The notes beneath the pieces are model-generated. The model was not told where the DNA came from. It saw only the letters and a program-made list of their open reading frames with translations, and searched no databases. From NCBI GenBank assembly GCA_054600435.1, contig BAAIJX010000042.1, positions 1-64,000 of the forward strand: DNA of 64,000 nucleotides, read 5' to 3'. A program made the translations under genes and the position numbers. Shown one piece after another: positions 23,890 through 35,644 of this stretch (its first letter is position 1; every line of letters begins with the position of its first letter). This stretch comes from Neophaeotheca triangularis (lineage: Eukaryota).

Positions 23890-26800
23890 CTACTCCTTAG
23901 GTGAACTGCACACAAAATGGGTTAGCACGCAATGCTCTCACGAAATTCTCAAGTCGCAGTCGATTGGTCAACTGATCAATCAATCTGCTCGCCCCAAGAG
24001 AGGTAGGGAGAGTAGGCATACTTGGGTGAGTATTGGTTCCCGCTGCCGTTGCCACTGCCATTGCCGTTGTGGTCGGGGCTGAAAGCCGGGCTAGCGGGCG
24101 AGTAGCCGTTGTTCGCAGGGCTGGTGGGGCTGTAGACGGGGCTCGTGGGCGAGTACGCGGGACTGGTGGGTGAAGTGCCGCTGCCGCTTGCACCGCCGCC
24201 GCCGGAGCCTGGGCTGAATTTTGGCGAGGTTGGGGAGTATTGCGGGGATGTGGGGGAGTACTGGGGAGAGGTGGGAGAGTATTGGGGCGAGGTGGGTGAG
24301 TATTTGCTCGCTGCGCCCTGCGGGTTGTGGCCGGCGGGCGAGGCAGGAGAGTATTGCGGGGAGGTTGGCGAGTACGAAGGAGAGGTTGGGGAGTAGGATG
24401 GCGAAGCCGGCGAGTAGGACGGGGAAGTAGGCGAGATCCTGCTTGCGCCGCCGCCCGCGCCGTAAGCCGGTGAAGTTGGGCTGTAGGTCGGGGAAGTTGG
24501 GGTGTAGGCTGGAGACGCCGGACTGAAGCGTGGAGAAGTGAGCTCGAAGGCCGGCGATGTCATCCCGAGGCTTTGACCAGGAGAAGTAGGTGAGTAGCCT
24601 GGCGAGGTTGGCGAATACCCGCCGTAGCCTGGGGAACCGGGAGACATGTTGCTGCTGAACGGGCTTGTAGGAGCGTAACCTGGGGACATGCCGCCGCGGT
24701 TGTAGGGCGAAAGGCCGCCATCGAAACCAGAGCTTGGGTTTCCGTAGGCTGTGAAGCCGCCGCCCACCTGGTCGTCGTTGCCAGCGTGCACAATGGGCGA
24801 GAAGGAGGCGCCGTAGTCTGGCCCACCACCTGCACCATACCCTTCGGCCATGGGAGAGCCCATGTCGTAGGGAGTCATGGCGCCGTCCATAGGAGTAGCA
24901 GCACCCATGCCAATACCTCCAGTGGGACGAGAAGTGCTGACGACGGACTTGAGCATCTCTGTGTCGAGCAGGACGTCAAACTCGCCAGTACCGGATGGAG
25001 CCAACTGACCCAAGATAATGTTCTCAGAAACACCGCGGCAGTCGTCAAGCTCACCAGCGGCGGCAGCCTCGTACAAGATCTCGACCGTCTCTTCGAAAGA
25101 GCAGCGCATCAAAACACCAGTATCGGCGCGATTGATACCGTGACGGGTGACAGCCATGAGCGTACCGCGAGCCGTCATGACATCGCACAGCAGAGCCAAA
25201 TGGCGATGGTTGACGTAAGAGCCATCGAAAGACAACACAACCTTCAGCTCCCTCATAAGGGCCTCGCGTGTCGCCTCGATACCGAAACACCTGTAAATCT
25301 CCATGAAGTGGTTGCAAGTCGTGCGGTACGGATCGACGCCCTCGACCGTCAAGACTTCTTTGAGATTGACACCTGAAGTCTGCAGGTACCATTCCTTGCA
25401 CTCGGGGTCGTTCTTGCCTGCCGCCAGGCTGCCGTCTGGCTTCTCTCGTAGACGACGCCCTTGGTTGACGAAAGCGCGAGAGACGCCCTTGACGCCACGC
25501 AGGATGACGGTGTCAAGCATGTGCAGCTCCAAGCTCTTGAGCGTGTCCTCCTCAGCTCTGACATTCATCTCATCCACGTCCTTGCCTAGACCCAACATGC
25601 GGATACGGACGATCAGCTTATCAGCGTTATCGTCTGCGAAGATGACGGCGACATCGCTTCCAAAGACCTCTTTAATGCGGTTGCCGACATTGGAGACGGT
25701 AAGATCCTTGTCGAGAAGCTGCTTGCGGCCGAGCTCGAGACGAAGAACCCATCTGCCCTGCTCATCCACGTTTTCACTATCCTCCGGGACGATGAAGTAG
25801 GACTCCACAGTATCGACATCCTCGTCAACGATGGTCGTACGAGGGTCAGGGTCGTAGAAGATGTCGGTCTTGTGTGTCAGGGCCCGCAAGTTGGTATGCT
25901 CAACGTTACTGCGCAACTTCTTCGCGAGGTCCTGGTCATGGCAGTTCTCGGCACTCTGGTAGACGTTCATGCTTGGGGTCTTGAGGTTCTCAGCGACGTT
26001 GAGAATTTCCTTGAGACGAGGCACACCAAGAGTGACGTTCTTGGCGGCGACACCAGCGAAATGGAAAGTGTTCAGCGTCATCTGCGTGGCGGGCTCACCA
26101 ATCGACTGGGCGGCAAGCACACCCACCATTTCACCCGGCGCAACGAGAGCGGTCGCGAAACGGTGCTCAATATCGCCAAGCACATTGTCGAGAGCGAGCA
26201 TACTCATGCTGTCTTCCTTGACCAACCTCTTGAAAGCAAGTCGAGACCGCAGCATACCCTTGATAAGGAGTGTGGCGCTCGTGTCCGCTTCGACGGAGAG
26301 GGGATCATCGCCCTTGACGACATGGAGTCTCGCGAGCATGTCTCTGATCTTGGGAATGACGATGCGAGGGTCCAGATCGCTTCGAGCGCCGTCCTTGAGT
26401 CGGAACTTGGTTTTGGCAGATGTTATCATGCGGCTGACGTTCAAGGGTAGATGGCGGGACTCGTCTGTGTCGTCGACATTCTGGCGCAGCTTGTTGCGGT
26501 CGTTGGAGATATCCTCAAACTCCTCATCAAATAGACGCTGGACCTCGATGTCGCCTTCAATGTCTCTCGCTTGTTCGAGGTCGGAGGTGGTAAAGGTGAG
26601 CTCCTTGATTGAAGGGTCCATGACATCCACGCGGTACTTGTTCTCAAAAGCCTCATTGGAGCTGGAAATGATTTGCAGCTGCTGAGCCTCGATGTTGACG
26701 GCATCAAGACCATCTTCGCCGTAGAGAAACTCAACAATGTCGCCCATGGAGTTGCGGACGGTACCGTCGTACTTGGCCGCGACTTCCTCGAGCGCCTTGA

Positions 26801-29446
26801 CGAGACGACGTTGGATGTAACCAGTCTCGGCAGTCTTGACAGCGGTATCAATCAGACCTTCACGACCACCCATGGCGTGGAAGTAGAACTCGAAAGGTGT
26901 AAGTCCTCTCAAGTAAGAGTTCTCGACGAAACCGCGCGAAGGAGCAGTGACATCATCCTTGGGGAAATGCGGTAGCGTACGATTGCTGAAGCCGAAAGGG
27001 ATACGCTTTCCTTCCACAGCCTGTTGGCCAACCGAGGCAGTCATCTGCGCGATGTTCGTAGAAGATCCCTTTGAACCAGAAACAGCCATCTGCAGAATGT
27101 TGTTCTGGTCTCTGGTACCGGCGTAGGCGAATTCACCACCAGTATTACGTGCATTGCCCATCTCCTCGTTTGCACGAGACTCGAAGGTTTCACGTAGAGT
27201 CATACCAGGAAGAACTTCAATGCTGTCGTGATGAGCTTGCGAGATGTACTCGTCAAGCTTGGCCTTGTGTTTGGCAACACCGCCCTCGATTTGCTCAGCC
27301 ACCTTGGGATCTGGCACGGTATCACCAATGCCGACACTGAAGCCGTTGTGCAGGAACCAGTAGTTGACGATGCGCTGACAAGTGTTGAAGAACCGGACCG
27401 CCGCTTGCCAGCCTCGCTCTTGATAGATTGTGTGGATGATACCTTGCTGCGAAGAACCAACAATCTTCTTGTCGAACTGACCGAGCAAGAGTTCGCCGTT
27501 GCGGACCTGAAGGCCACTGTCACCGAGAGGTGCAAAGCCAGGATCCTTGTCGTTCGCGTTACGGAACAAGTTCAAGCCTTCTGGCAGACAAAGCGAGACG
27601 ATCTGCTTGCCCGTCCACTTGGGAACCGGCTTGATGATGGCCGGAGGCGGCATGATGCCGTCCCAATCGGGCACCCACATGAGGATGTTCATCACCTGAT
27701 CTTGGTCGATCATCACATCACGCCTGGTCATCTTGAAGACGCCGGCAAGAGTGTCTTGCACAATACCCATAAGCGGACCGTTCTTCTGAGGCGAGACGAT
27801 GTTGAGAGGCACCATGCACAAATCCTTGATCTCAGCACGGGTCTCGTGAGACTGCGGAACGTGCAAGTTCATCTCATCACCGTCGAAGTCGGCGTTATAG
27901 GGAGATGTGACGGACAAGTTCAGGCGGAAGGTCGAGTAAGGCATCACCCGAACTCTATGACCCATCATGGATTCCTTGTGGAGCGAGGGTTGACGGTTGA
28001 AGATGATGTAGTCGCCATCGATGATGTGCCTCTCCACCTTCCACCCGTACTGAAGCTGGATGTCGCCTGCGCGCTTGTGGTGACGCAAGTCAATGCGCTC
28101 GCCGTTGTCGCGGATGACATACTTAGCACCTGGGTGGATGTTTGGCCCGTTGCGAACCAGCTCTTGCAGTTTGTGGATGTTGAATGTGTTGACCGTCTCC
28201 GGAAACGTCAAGATCCTAGCGGTGGAGCGAGGCACGCCAACCTCGTCGAGATCGATGTTGGGGTCACCCGTGATGACAGTACGAGCGGAGAAGTCGACAC
28301 GCTTGCCCATCAGGTTACCACGCAGGCGACCTTCCTTTGACTTTAGGCGAGCGCGAATACTCTTGACAGGGCGACCGGACTTTTGGAGCGCTGTGGGCAG
28401 ACCAGCAATGTCGTTGTCCATCATAGTGGCAACGTGGTACTGCAGTAGCTGGAAGAATTCGTCGATGACGTGCTGAGGAGTTCCCTCAGTTTCACACTGC
28501 TTGACATTGCTGTTGGCGCGGATGACATCGGAGAGCTTGAAGGTCAAGTCGTCCTCGGATCGCATACCCTGACTCGAACCGTCCATAGAGACCGAGGGGC
28601 GCACAGCTGGTGGAGGGACTGGCAAGACGGTGAGGATCATCCACTCAGGCCTGGCGTAGTCTGCGTTGAGACCGAGCCTAGCCAAATCCGGAGTGGAGAT
28701 GAGCTGGAAGACATTGAGTGCCTGCTGAGGGGATATGATTCTCTTCTCCGGCTCAGTGCGGCCAGTCTCATCGTCTTCGGCGCTCTTTGCAACCTTGTAG
28801 GTACCTGTCAATTTGAGACCCTCCTTGCGAATAGTTGGCTGCGTGTTGCCGCAACCACCGTGACCTGGCTTGCCCTCGTTCTTCAGCGCTGCCTTGGGGT
28901 CGTAGTCTTCGTCGCCTGGAGGCGGAAGGTCCGGCTCGCACATTGTCCTCGTCTTGCACAGTCTCGAGATGTTCTCAAAGCGCTGCTTGGGGTTGCGAAG
29001 CTTGACAGCTGCAGCGAACATTGGGTTGCGCTCGTCATCGAGAAGCTTTCCGCAGTTGTGGCACACTGACTCTAGAATCTTCTTGACTTTGGTGATGAAA
29101 CCTGTAGGCAAAATGATCAGCAAGAGGTCTCTCACATTAGCACAAGACATGAGTGCATACCTGGATGAAAGACAGGCGCGGCGAGCTCAATATGCCCGAA
29201 ATGTCCTGGGCATTCGGCCATATCCTCTCCGCAAGTGCCGCACCTGTAAGCGCGGTCGATGGTGCCCAGCTTCGGGTCGTTCAAGCCTTTCTCGCGCGGC
29301 CTGTTGCGCTGCTCGTCCATGGTCTCCGCGTACTCAATATGGCAAACACTCATGTTCTTGATCTCTTCGGGAGAAAAGAGGCCAAACTGAATCTCTTGGA
29401 CCGACTTGAGCGCCGCCGTGGAGTGAGGAAAGGTGAAGTTCGACAT
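23890..29446 (-). CDS. RPB1: DNA-directed RNA polymerase II largest subunit; introns 29102-29160 and 23906-24021
   Basis: ECPGHFGH zinc motif, GKRVDFSAR, catalytic [10 protein letters not shown], bridge helix [21 protein letters not shown], trigger loop [11 protein letters not shown], heptad CTD. The spliced end is YSPNSPKE*. Confidence 0.99.
24022..24680 (-). repeat. Pol II CTD heptad repeats (degenerate YSPTSPx) in blocks separated by Gly-rich linkers
   Basis: About 20 heptad-like units in the translation; only one perfect YSPTSPS. Confidence 0.9.
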
Positions 29447-30368
29447 GGTGGAGGTGGTTTGCAGAGTCCGCTCCGCTTCGTGGGTATTAAGTAGGTTTGA
29501 TTATTCGCAGTCGAATGTCCGGAGTGGTGAGAAGCGCGTGAGGTAACGCTTCTGTTCCGAAATCTTCACTCGGTTCCTCTCTTCACTGCTGCTGCCGCCT
29601 ATTCTCTGCCTCGTCGCCACCCTTTTCACGCCGCGCGACCTCAGTGAGGACCGCCTACCACTTCTCGTCCCGCCAGACTGTCTCACGTGTCTCTCCTTCT
29701 TACTACAATCCCTTGAACTGTGATGCGCGATGACCGGTTGGTAGTGCGCCACGCGCTGGGTACTGAAGGCTCGGAGCCGATAACCGAAGATGGGTGCGCG
29801 CAACTGGAGCGAACCCGCCGGTGAGGTTTGAAGGTGAGCAAGGAGAAGCCGCTGAGGTAGCAACGGTACTGGCGATAATGCACGCGGTGCCGGCAATACC
29901 TTGATGAGAATGGAAGGGTGTGTTCGGTGTCTGGAGGTCGGGGTGGTGCTGGCCTGCTTGGAGCGTGAAGTGAGTGAGGCTTTGGCGACTGGCCCGCTGC
30001 CTAGCGCGCTTTTGCTACATGACTCAAGTAAGTGACCGCTTCTGGAAGGTGGACGTACCTGATTTATCAGGCACGAATGTTTGTCCAACAGCCCGGGTAT
30101 TCACATGGAGCAACCTGAATGAATCGGACGGAGTGCGATTCCCGCAACGTCTGCAACATGCAACACCACCGCCAGCACGAGGTGAAAGCTGCACTTCTAT
30201 GCCGAGCTGGTCAGTTTCCTCCGCGTGTTACAATAGCCTTGGCTAAGAATACTTGAGTTGTCAACTCTCAATCTCTCCCTCCAACTACTGCTAGGAGGTA
30301 AGAGCAACGGCTTGTATCCTTTAAGTACTCTCGAGAAGCACCACCAGCCACCACCCTCAGGCGCAACT
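29447..30368. promoter_or_regulatory. Divergent (head-to-head) intergenic region of RPB1 and SWD1
   Basis: Start codons at 29446 (-) and 30369 (+) point away from each other. No specific element identified. Confidence 0.5.
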
Positions 30369-31820
30369 ATGAACCTTCCCCTCGCAGACCCGTCGCTGCT
30401 CGCCCAAGACATCCCTGACCTCCTCACCGCCCGTCTACGCGTCTCCGGCCAGGCAATATGTCTCCGTTTCTCGCATCGCGGTGATCTACTCGCAACGGGC
30501 ACGCTGAAAGGGACAATCTCCATCTTCGACCTAGAGACCAACGGCATAGCGCGCAAACTTCAGGGCCATACAGGACGCGCAATTCAATCTCTCTCTTGGG
30601 AGAAGACAGGTCGCTTCTTGCTCTCCAGCTCGGTAGATTGGAAAGTCATCATCTGGGACCTCAAGGATGGCAGCAAGGCCCGCACCGTCAACCTGGGCGC
30701 CCCCGTCTACATAGCTGAATTCCACCCTTCCGACCACTTGATGATCTGCGCCGCGCTCTACGAACACCGCCCTGTGCTGGCCGACCTGCGCTCTCCCACC
30801 AAGGCTGTTCAACACCCGCTTCCCAATCTGCCCAAACGCGCCCCACATGAACAAGAGAGCGAAAAAGCAGACGCCAAACACTTCACCACCGTCGCAGCCT
30901 TCACTCCAGACGGCACACATATCATAACCGGCACAACTAAAGGCTGGCTCAGCATTGTCTCCGTCGAGACGAAACGCACCATCTACAGCACGCGCCTGTC
31001 GAGCAAACCCATACTCCTAATCCGCCTCTCAGCCACGGGTAACAGCCTACTGATCAACAGCTCCGACACCATTATCCGCACCATCCGCCTGCCAGACCTC
31101 CGCACAGCCAACCCCGATTCCATCAACCTAGAAGTCGAGCACAAATTTCAAGACGTCGTAAACCGTCTTTCCTGGAATTACGTGGCCTTCTCCCCCGGGC
31201 GCGCGGACTACGTCACAGCTTCTACCCTCATGAATCACGATGTCTACATTTGGGAGCGCGGGCACGGCTCGCTAGTGAAGATTCTCGAAGGGCCGCGCGA
31301 AGAGCTGGGGTCGGTGGAATGGCACCCCTCGCGCCCGATCGTAGCTGCAACAGGTGTGGAGAGCGGAAGAGTATACTTGTGGGGGGTAGTCGCGCCGCAG
31401 CGATGGAGCGCTCTGGCGCCCGACTTTGTCGAGGTAGAAGAGAATGTGGAGTTTGTGGAGCGGGAGGACGAGTTTGACATTTTGCCTTTGGGGGAAGTGG
31501 AGAAGAGGCGCTTGGAGGAGGAAGAGGCTGAGGAGGTGGACGTGCTGACTGTGGACCCGGATCAGTTGCAGAGGGAGGGTGGGGTCAAGGGCGAGAGTCA
31601 GGGTCCGGCGCCGGGCTTTTTTCGCCTTCCGGTGCTGTTGGATGGTGAGGACAGTGATAGCGAGGATGAAATGGTTGCGATCGGTGCTGGGCAGTATAGG
31701 AGGAAGAGCACGGCAAGGGAGGAAGGGCTTGATTTTGACGAGGAGAGGGGCGAGGATAGTGCGGCCGATAGCGCTGGGGTGGGAGGTGGGAGTGGCAGGA
31801 AGAGAAGACGTGAGGGGTGA
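30369..31820 (+). CDS. SWD1: COMPASS/Set1C WD40 subunit Swd1 (RbBP5)
   Basis: MNLPLADP..AQDIP start, WD40 repeats, EHKFQDVVNRLSW, YIWERGHGSLVKILEGPREEL, WSALAPDFVEVEENVEFVEREDEFD. Confidence 0.95.
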   Translation: MNLPLADPSLLAQDIPDLLTARLRVSGQAICLRFSHRGDLLATGTLKGTISIFDLETNGIARKLQGHTGRAIQSLSWEKTGRFLLSSSVDWKVIIWDLKDGSKARTVNLGAPVYIAEFHPSDHLMICAALYEHRPVLADLRSPTKAVQHPLPNLPKRAPHEQESEKADAKHFTTVAAFTPDGTHIITGTTKGWLSIVSVETKRTIYSTRLSSKPILLIRLSATGNSLLINSSDTIIRTIRLPDLRTANPDSINLEVEHKFQDVVNRLSWNYVAFSPGRADYVTASTLMNHDVYIWERGHGSLVKILEGPREELGSVEWHPSRPIVAATGVESGRVYLWGVVAPQRWSALAPDFVEVEENVEFVEREDEFDILPLGEVEKRRLEEEEAEEVDVLTVDPDQLQREGGVKGESQGPAPGFFRLPVLLDGEDSDSEDEMVAIGAGQYRRKSTAREEGLDFDEERGEDSAADSAGVGGGSGRKRRREG

Positions 31821-33934
31821 GAGGCGAATACGATTATGGTCATTGTGTGACGAGATGACACGAGCAATGTCACAACAACCGGGAGGCTGGTGGACCTGGA
31901 GCGTATGAATACCATAAGGCACCGCTACGTACTCTTCTCGCAACGGGGTTGCGCCTGGTCCAGCGCGAACCTCCTTAAGGCCCTCGAAAGCGAAATTACG
32001 GCTTTCACCAGTAAACCAAAGCCCCGCGATTCCACAGCATCAGCGGAGCTCATAACCTTCATCCGAGCCCACGGGAGCAGCAGCCCTAGACCTTACGCCG
32101 AACGTATTGCTTTTCAGATTCCGAAGACGCGAGAATAGCTGGCCCTACGAAGCATTTTCCAGCAGCCAGCACTCGGCCCAGCACGTCTCGAGTCAGCACA
32201 CGCGAGCGCATCAAAATGAGCACTTGCCTCGAATCAACTCCCGCCCCGACTAAGGGTCCCCCGTACTAAGACCAGTGCAAAGGCCTCGAAGGTCAAGCCT
32301 ACACCAAAGAGCAGCATACAAACAGTGACAAGCAAGCCTTTCAAAACTTAGCAGGATGCAGGCGGCGAAGCAGCGGAACATACCAAACTTTGCTTACACA
32401 AAGCTCTACGTTCTCGAACGCTATCACTTTCTCCCACGCGCGCATATCAGTCCTGACTGCGCACGCGCAACCGTAGTCGAGCCCGCTCGCTGCGAGACTG
32501 ATTAACCCCAACCGACTCCCACCCCTTTTGTTGAGCAGAATAGCCTAGAGTAGGTATGTAGACGCGTTCAGCCCAGTCTCGCGTTCCTCTCACCCAGCGA
32601 CTGAAAACGGGACTACTACGCGTGCCGAAATTGTCGCGGAGCTGCCTCAATCGAACTGTTTCCAGTTGGGGTAAAGATCCTCTTTCAGGACGGACAGATG
32701 GGCACGCGCGGAATGGAAAGACGTGGGTAAGGATACGTACTGTAGTAGCCGTTGGGCGGCTCATCGGAGTGAGAATTATATTTTCGTTGTAGGGATCTTT
32801 GATTTTTTTATTGGTTTTTTTAGGGGGGAGTCCTTCGGTAGTTAGAATGAGCGTTGGAGGTTTGGACTTTAGGTAGGCTTGGGCTGCCATACTTACGTTA
32901 GGGGTCAAGAGTCAGGATAGCCCGGTTCCCGGTCCTCGGCGCTGGAGGCGATTCAGTCGCTCGTGGTGGTAGTCGCCGTTTGGTGGCATTGTTATTACTT
33001 TATACTACTTGTAAGTCTCGTGCTGTCGGCTTGTCGTCGTTTTCATAGGGCACAGGGCTGATGGGTGGTTGAGGAAGGGTTGGGGCAGATCTTTGGGCGT
33101 GACTCGTCCGTTGCGGAGAGATGGAATATGTGCTGCTCTGGAGGCCTGACTGGGTGTATGGTAATAATGTTACGGATGTACGCTCTTGATCAGACCACAA
33201 AAACTACTAGTACTGTTAGCCCGTGATGATTGTGAATGTGACAACAGAACCTGGAAGTTCTCATGTTCGCTTGCGGTCCCTTCGCCCGTTATCGCAAGGA
33301 AACTGACTCGACTATATAGTACAATCCCGGTACCTGCGTCTTCTCAGGCCTTTCCCCCGATTGGGAGTGGATCGATAGCAATTTATCTATTGGCTGAACC
33401 CGACATGAACAATACCTTATCAATTGTCTCGGAGATTATGCAGACATCCATGGATGCTTACTAGCTTAGCCCTTGCAGCTGTCACCACAATTTGACACCT
33501 TGGCGTCGCTCTCGACAATGGAAGTTACATCGGCAGGGCCCCAGGGGACAGGGGACTTCAGACCTTAGGTACAAGGTGCAACTCTCGGCTCGAGCACGTC
33601 TCGACTCTCGAGTCAAGACCAAGACCCCAGAGCACGCCGTTGCAACCACCAGTAGAATAGGATATTAATGAGGCAGAGAAAGGCCGCACGTCGCCCCCTG
33701 ACAATACCTACGATCGAGTATGGACCTTCTCACGCTTGGTGCAAAGCGTGGTAACAGATCTACCGAGATACAGACTTTGAGCCTCCAAGGTCCCTCTAAC
33801 CCCCCAAACCTTTTGGTGATGATCTGATGATGTGTGGTGGACGCTTTGACTGCTGTAGAATGTGGTATCTGCCTACAGTACTTTTAGTCCGTGACTTGGA
33901 TCCCGGACGTAGATCCTCTTGCGTTTCAGCTCTT

Positions 33935-33952
33935 TCTCTCTCTCTCTCTCTC
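33935..33952. repeat. (TC)9 microsatellite in the 5' region of the Pth11-like gene
   Basis: Direct reading. Confidence 0.9.
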
Positions 33953-34025
33953 TTTCCGTTCAAGTCCCTCGCTGTTTCCCGGTTCGCTACTCTCCATCGT
34001 TTTGGTGTCGATTTGGATCAAGATC

Positions 34026-35644
34026 ATGCGCTTTCTCTCAGCTTTTGCTACCTTTGTGGCCGCTTCGATCATACCAGTAACCGCCCAAAGCACGACCGGC
34101 TCCGCCTCCAATGTCTCGCTAGGGCAACAGATGGCCCTGCAAGAAATGCAGGAGGCCTTGCCTCAGTGCGCCGTGAGTTTACGCCACCCAGCTGGAGAAA
34201 GGCCTTTCCACGACTGACTGTGTGCGCCGTCAGCTACAATGTCTGGCTACGTTAATACCTCAGGCCGGCTGCGATGTGACGGACGTTGAATGTATCTGCA
34301 CGAGCGCCGAATTGACTGAAGCATCGACGTTATGTTTGGCCAGCAATTGCACCGTTGTAGACACGTTTGGTATGAGACGTTTTCAAACCTCGTACAAGCT
34401 CTCGCACTGACAGCGCCTCAGCAACTATGAAATACCAGGCGGACATGTGCGGCGTACCCGAAAGGGACCGCTCGCGCGAGGTTATCATTACAATTTGGGT
34501 GCTCTTCACGCTTGTCGTAGTCTGCGTGTTCTGTCGCTTCCTCGCTCGGTCTAATCGACTGTTCAATGGGCCGGGCTACAGCTGGGATGATTGGATGATA
34601 GCAATCGCCATGCCGTGCTTGCTCGCTGGAAACACCATGTCTGATATCAGTAAGCCACTCCCTACTATCCACTCCTATCCCACAGCTGCTCATACAAAAA
34701 AGTGGCCAGAAGGGGGTTGGGTCATGATATTTGGATGCTGGAGCCGGATCAGATTGAAGACATTCTCATGGTACGTAACCGGAACTTGAAAGACGGAATC
34801 GAAACGACCTCTAACCCCAACGCACCAGCTCTTCTGGACGAACCAATTTACCTACATCGCGATGCTGCTTTTCACCAAAATCTCTATCCTACTCCTCTAC
34901 CTCCGAGTATTTCCCCACCATGCCGTTGGGCCCTGGTTTCATAAAACTGTCTACATATTGATAGGTTTAATGTCGGCCTACGCGATCTCCATGTGGTTCG
35001 CCATCGCCTTCGAATGCAATCCCATCAGCTACGCCTGGACCTCCTGGCGCGACGAGCCGGGCGGCTACTGTGTCGACCTCCTCGCCCTGATCTACAGCTG
35101 TGCAGCCTTAAACATCGTCTTCGACTTCCTCGTCTTCGCCCTTCCCATCCCCCAAGTCTGGAAATTGCAACTCAATATGCGCGCCAAAGTCGCCGTCTCC
35201 CTGACCTTCCTCGTTGGCCTCTTCGCCACCATCTGCAGCATCGTGCGCCTCCAGTACCTCGTCAAATGGGGTCACAGCGAGAACCCCAGCTGGGACTACG
35301 TCGATTTGACAATTTGGTCGCTGGTTGAGGGCAACGCCGTCGTGATCTGCGCTTGCATGCCGCCCATGGCGAACCTTTTCAAGAAGTTCTTCGCCCAGGC
35401 CACAACGTACTTTAGCAGCAGGAGCAAGGGTGGCTCCGACTATTACAACAAGTCTTCGGGCTCTGCCAATCACAACATGGATCGTCTCGGCCCGCCGGAT
35501 GGTGGGATCAAGAAGATGGAGACAACGACTGTGGCTTACGATCGTGCGCCTTCGGAGCGTTCGGGGGATGATGAGGTGGAGCTCATGGCCAAGGGAAAGG
35601 ATCCCAGATGGGAAGCTGATGAGATGCCCAGACGGTTCGTCTAG
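34026..35644 (+). CDS. CFEM-domain Pth11-like 7-TM receptor (fungal rhodopsin domain); introns 34173-34233, 34370-34421, 34650-34702, 34771-34828
   Basis: Signal peptide; 8-Cys CFEM (PQCALQC..GCDVTDVECIC..CLASNC..CGVP); then WDDW, GLGHDIW, TKISILLLYLRVF, ECNPISYAW, DFLVFALPIP, CSIVRL, WSLVEGNAVVICACMP. Confidence 0.92.

Noticed and set aside
32888..32900. ATACTTAC resembling the U1 snRNA 5' end
   Set aside because: It continues with GTT rather than CTG and I saw no U1 stem-loops or Sm site. A minus-strand splice donor explains it better.
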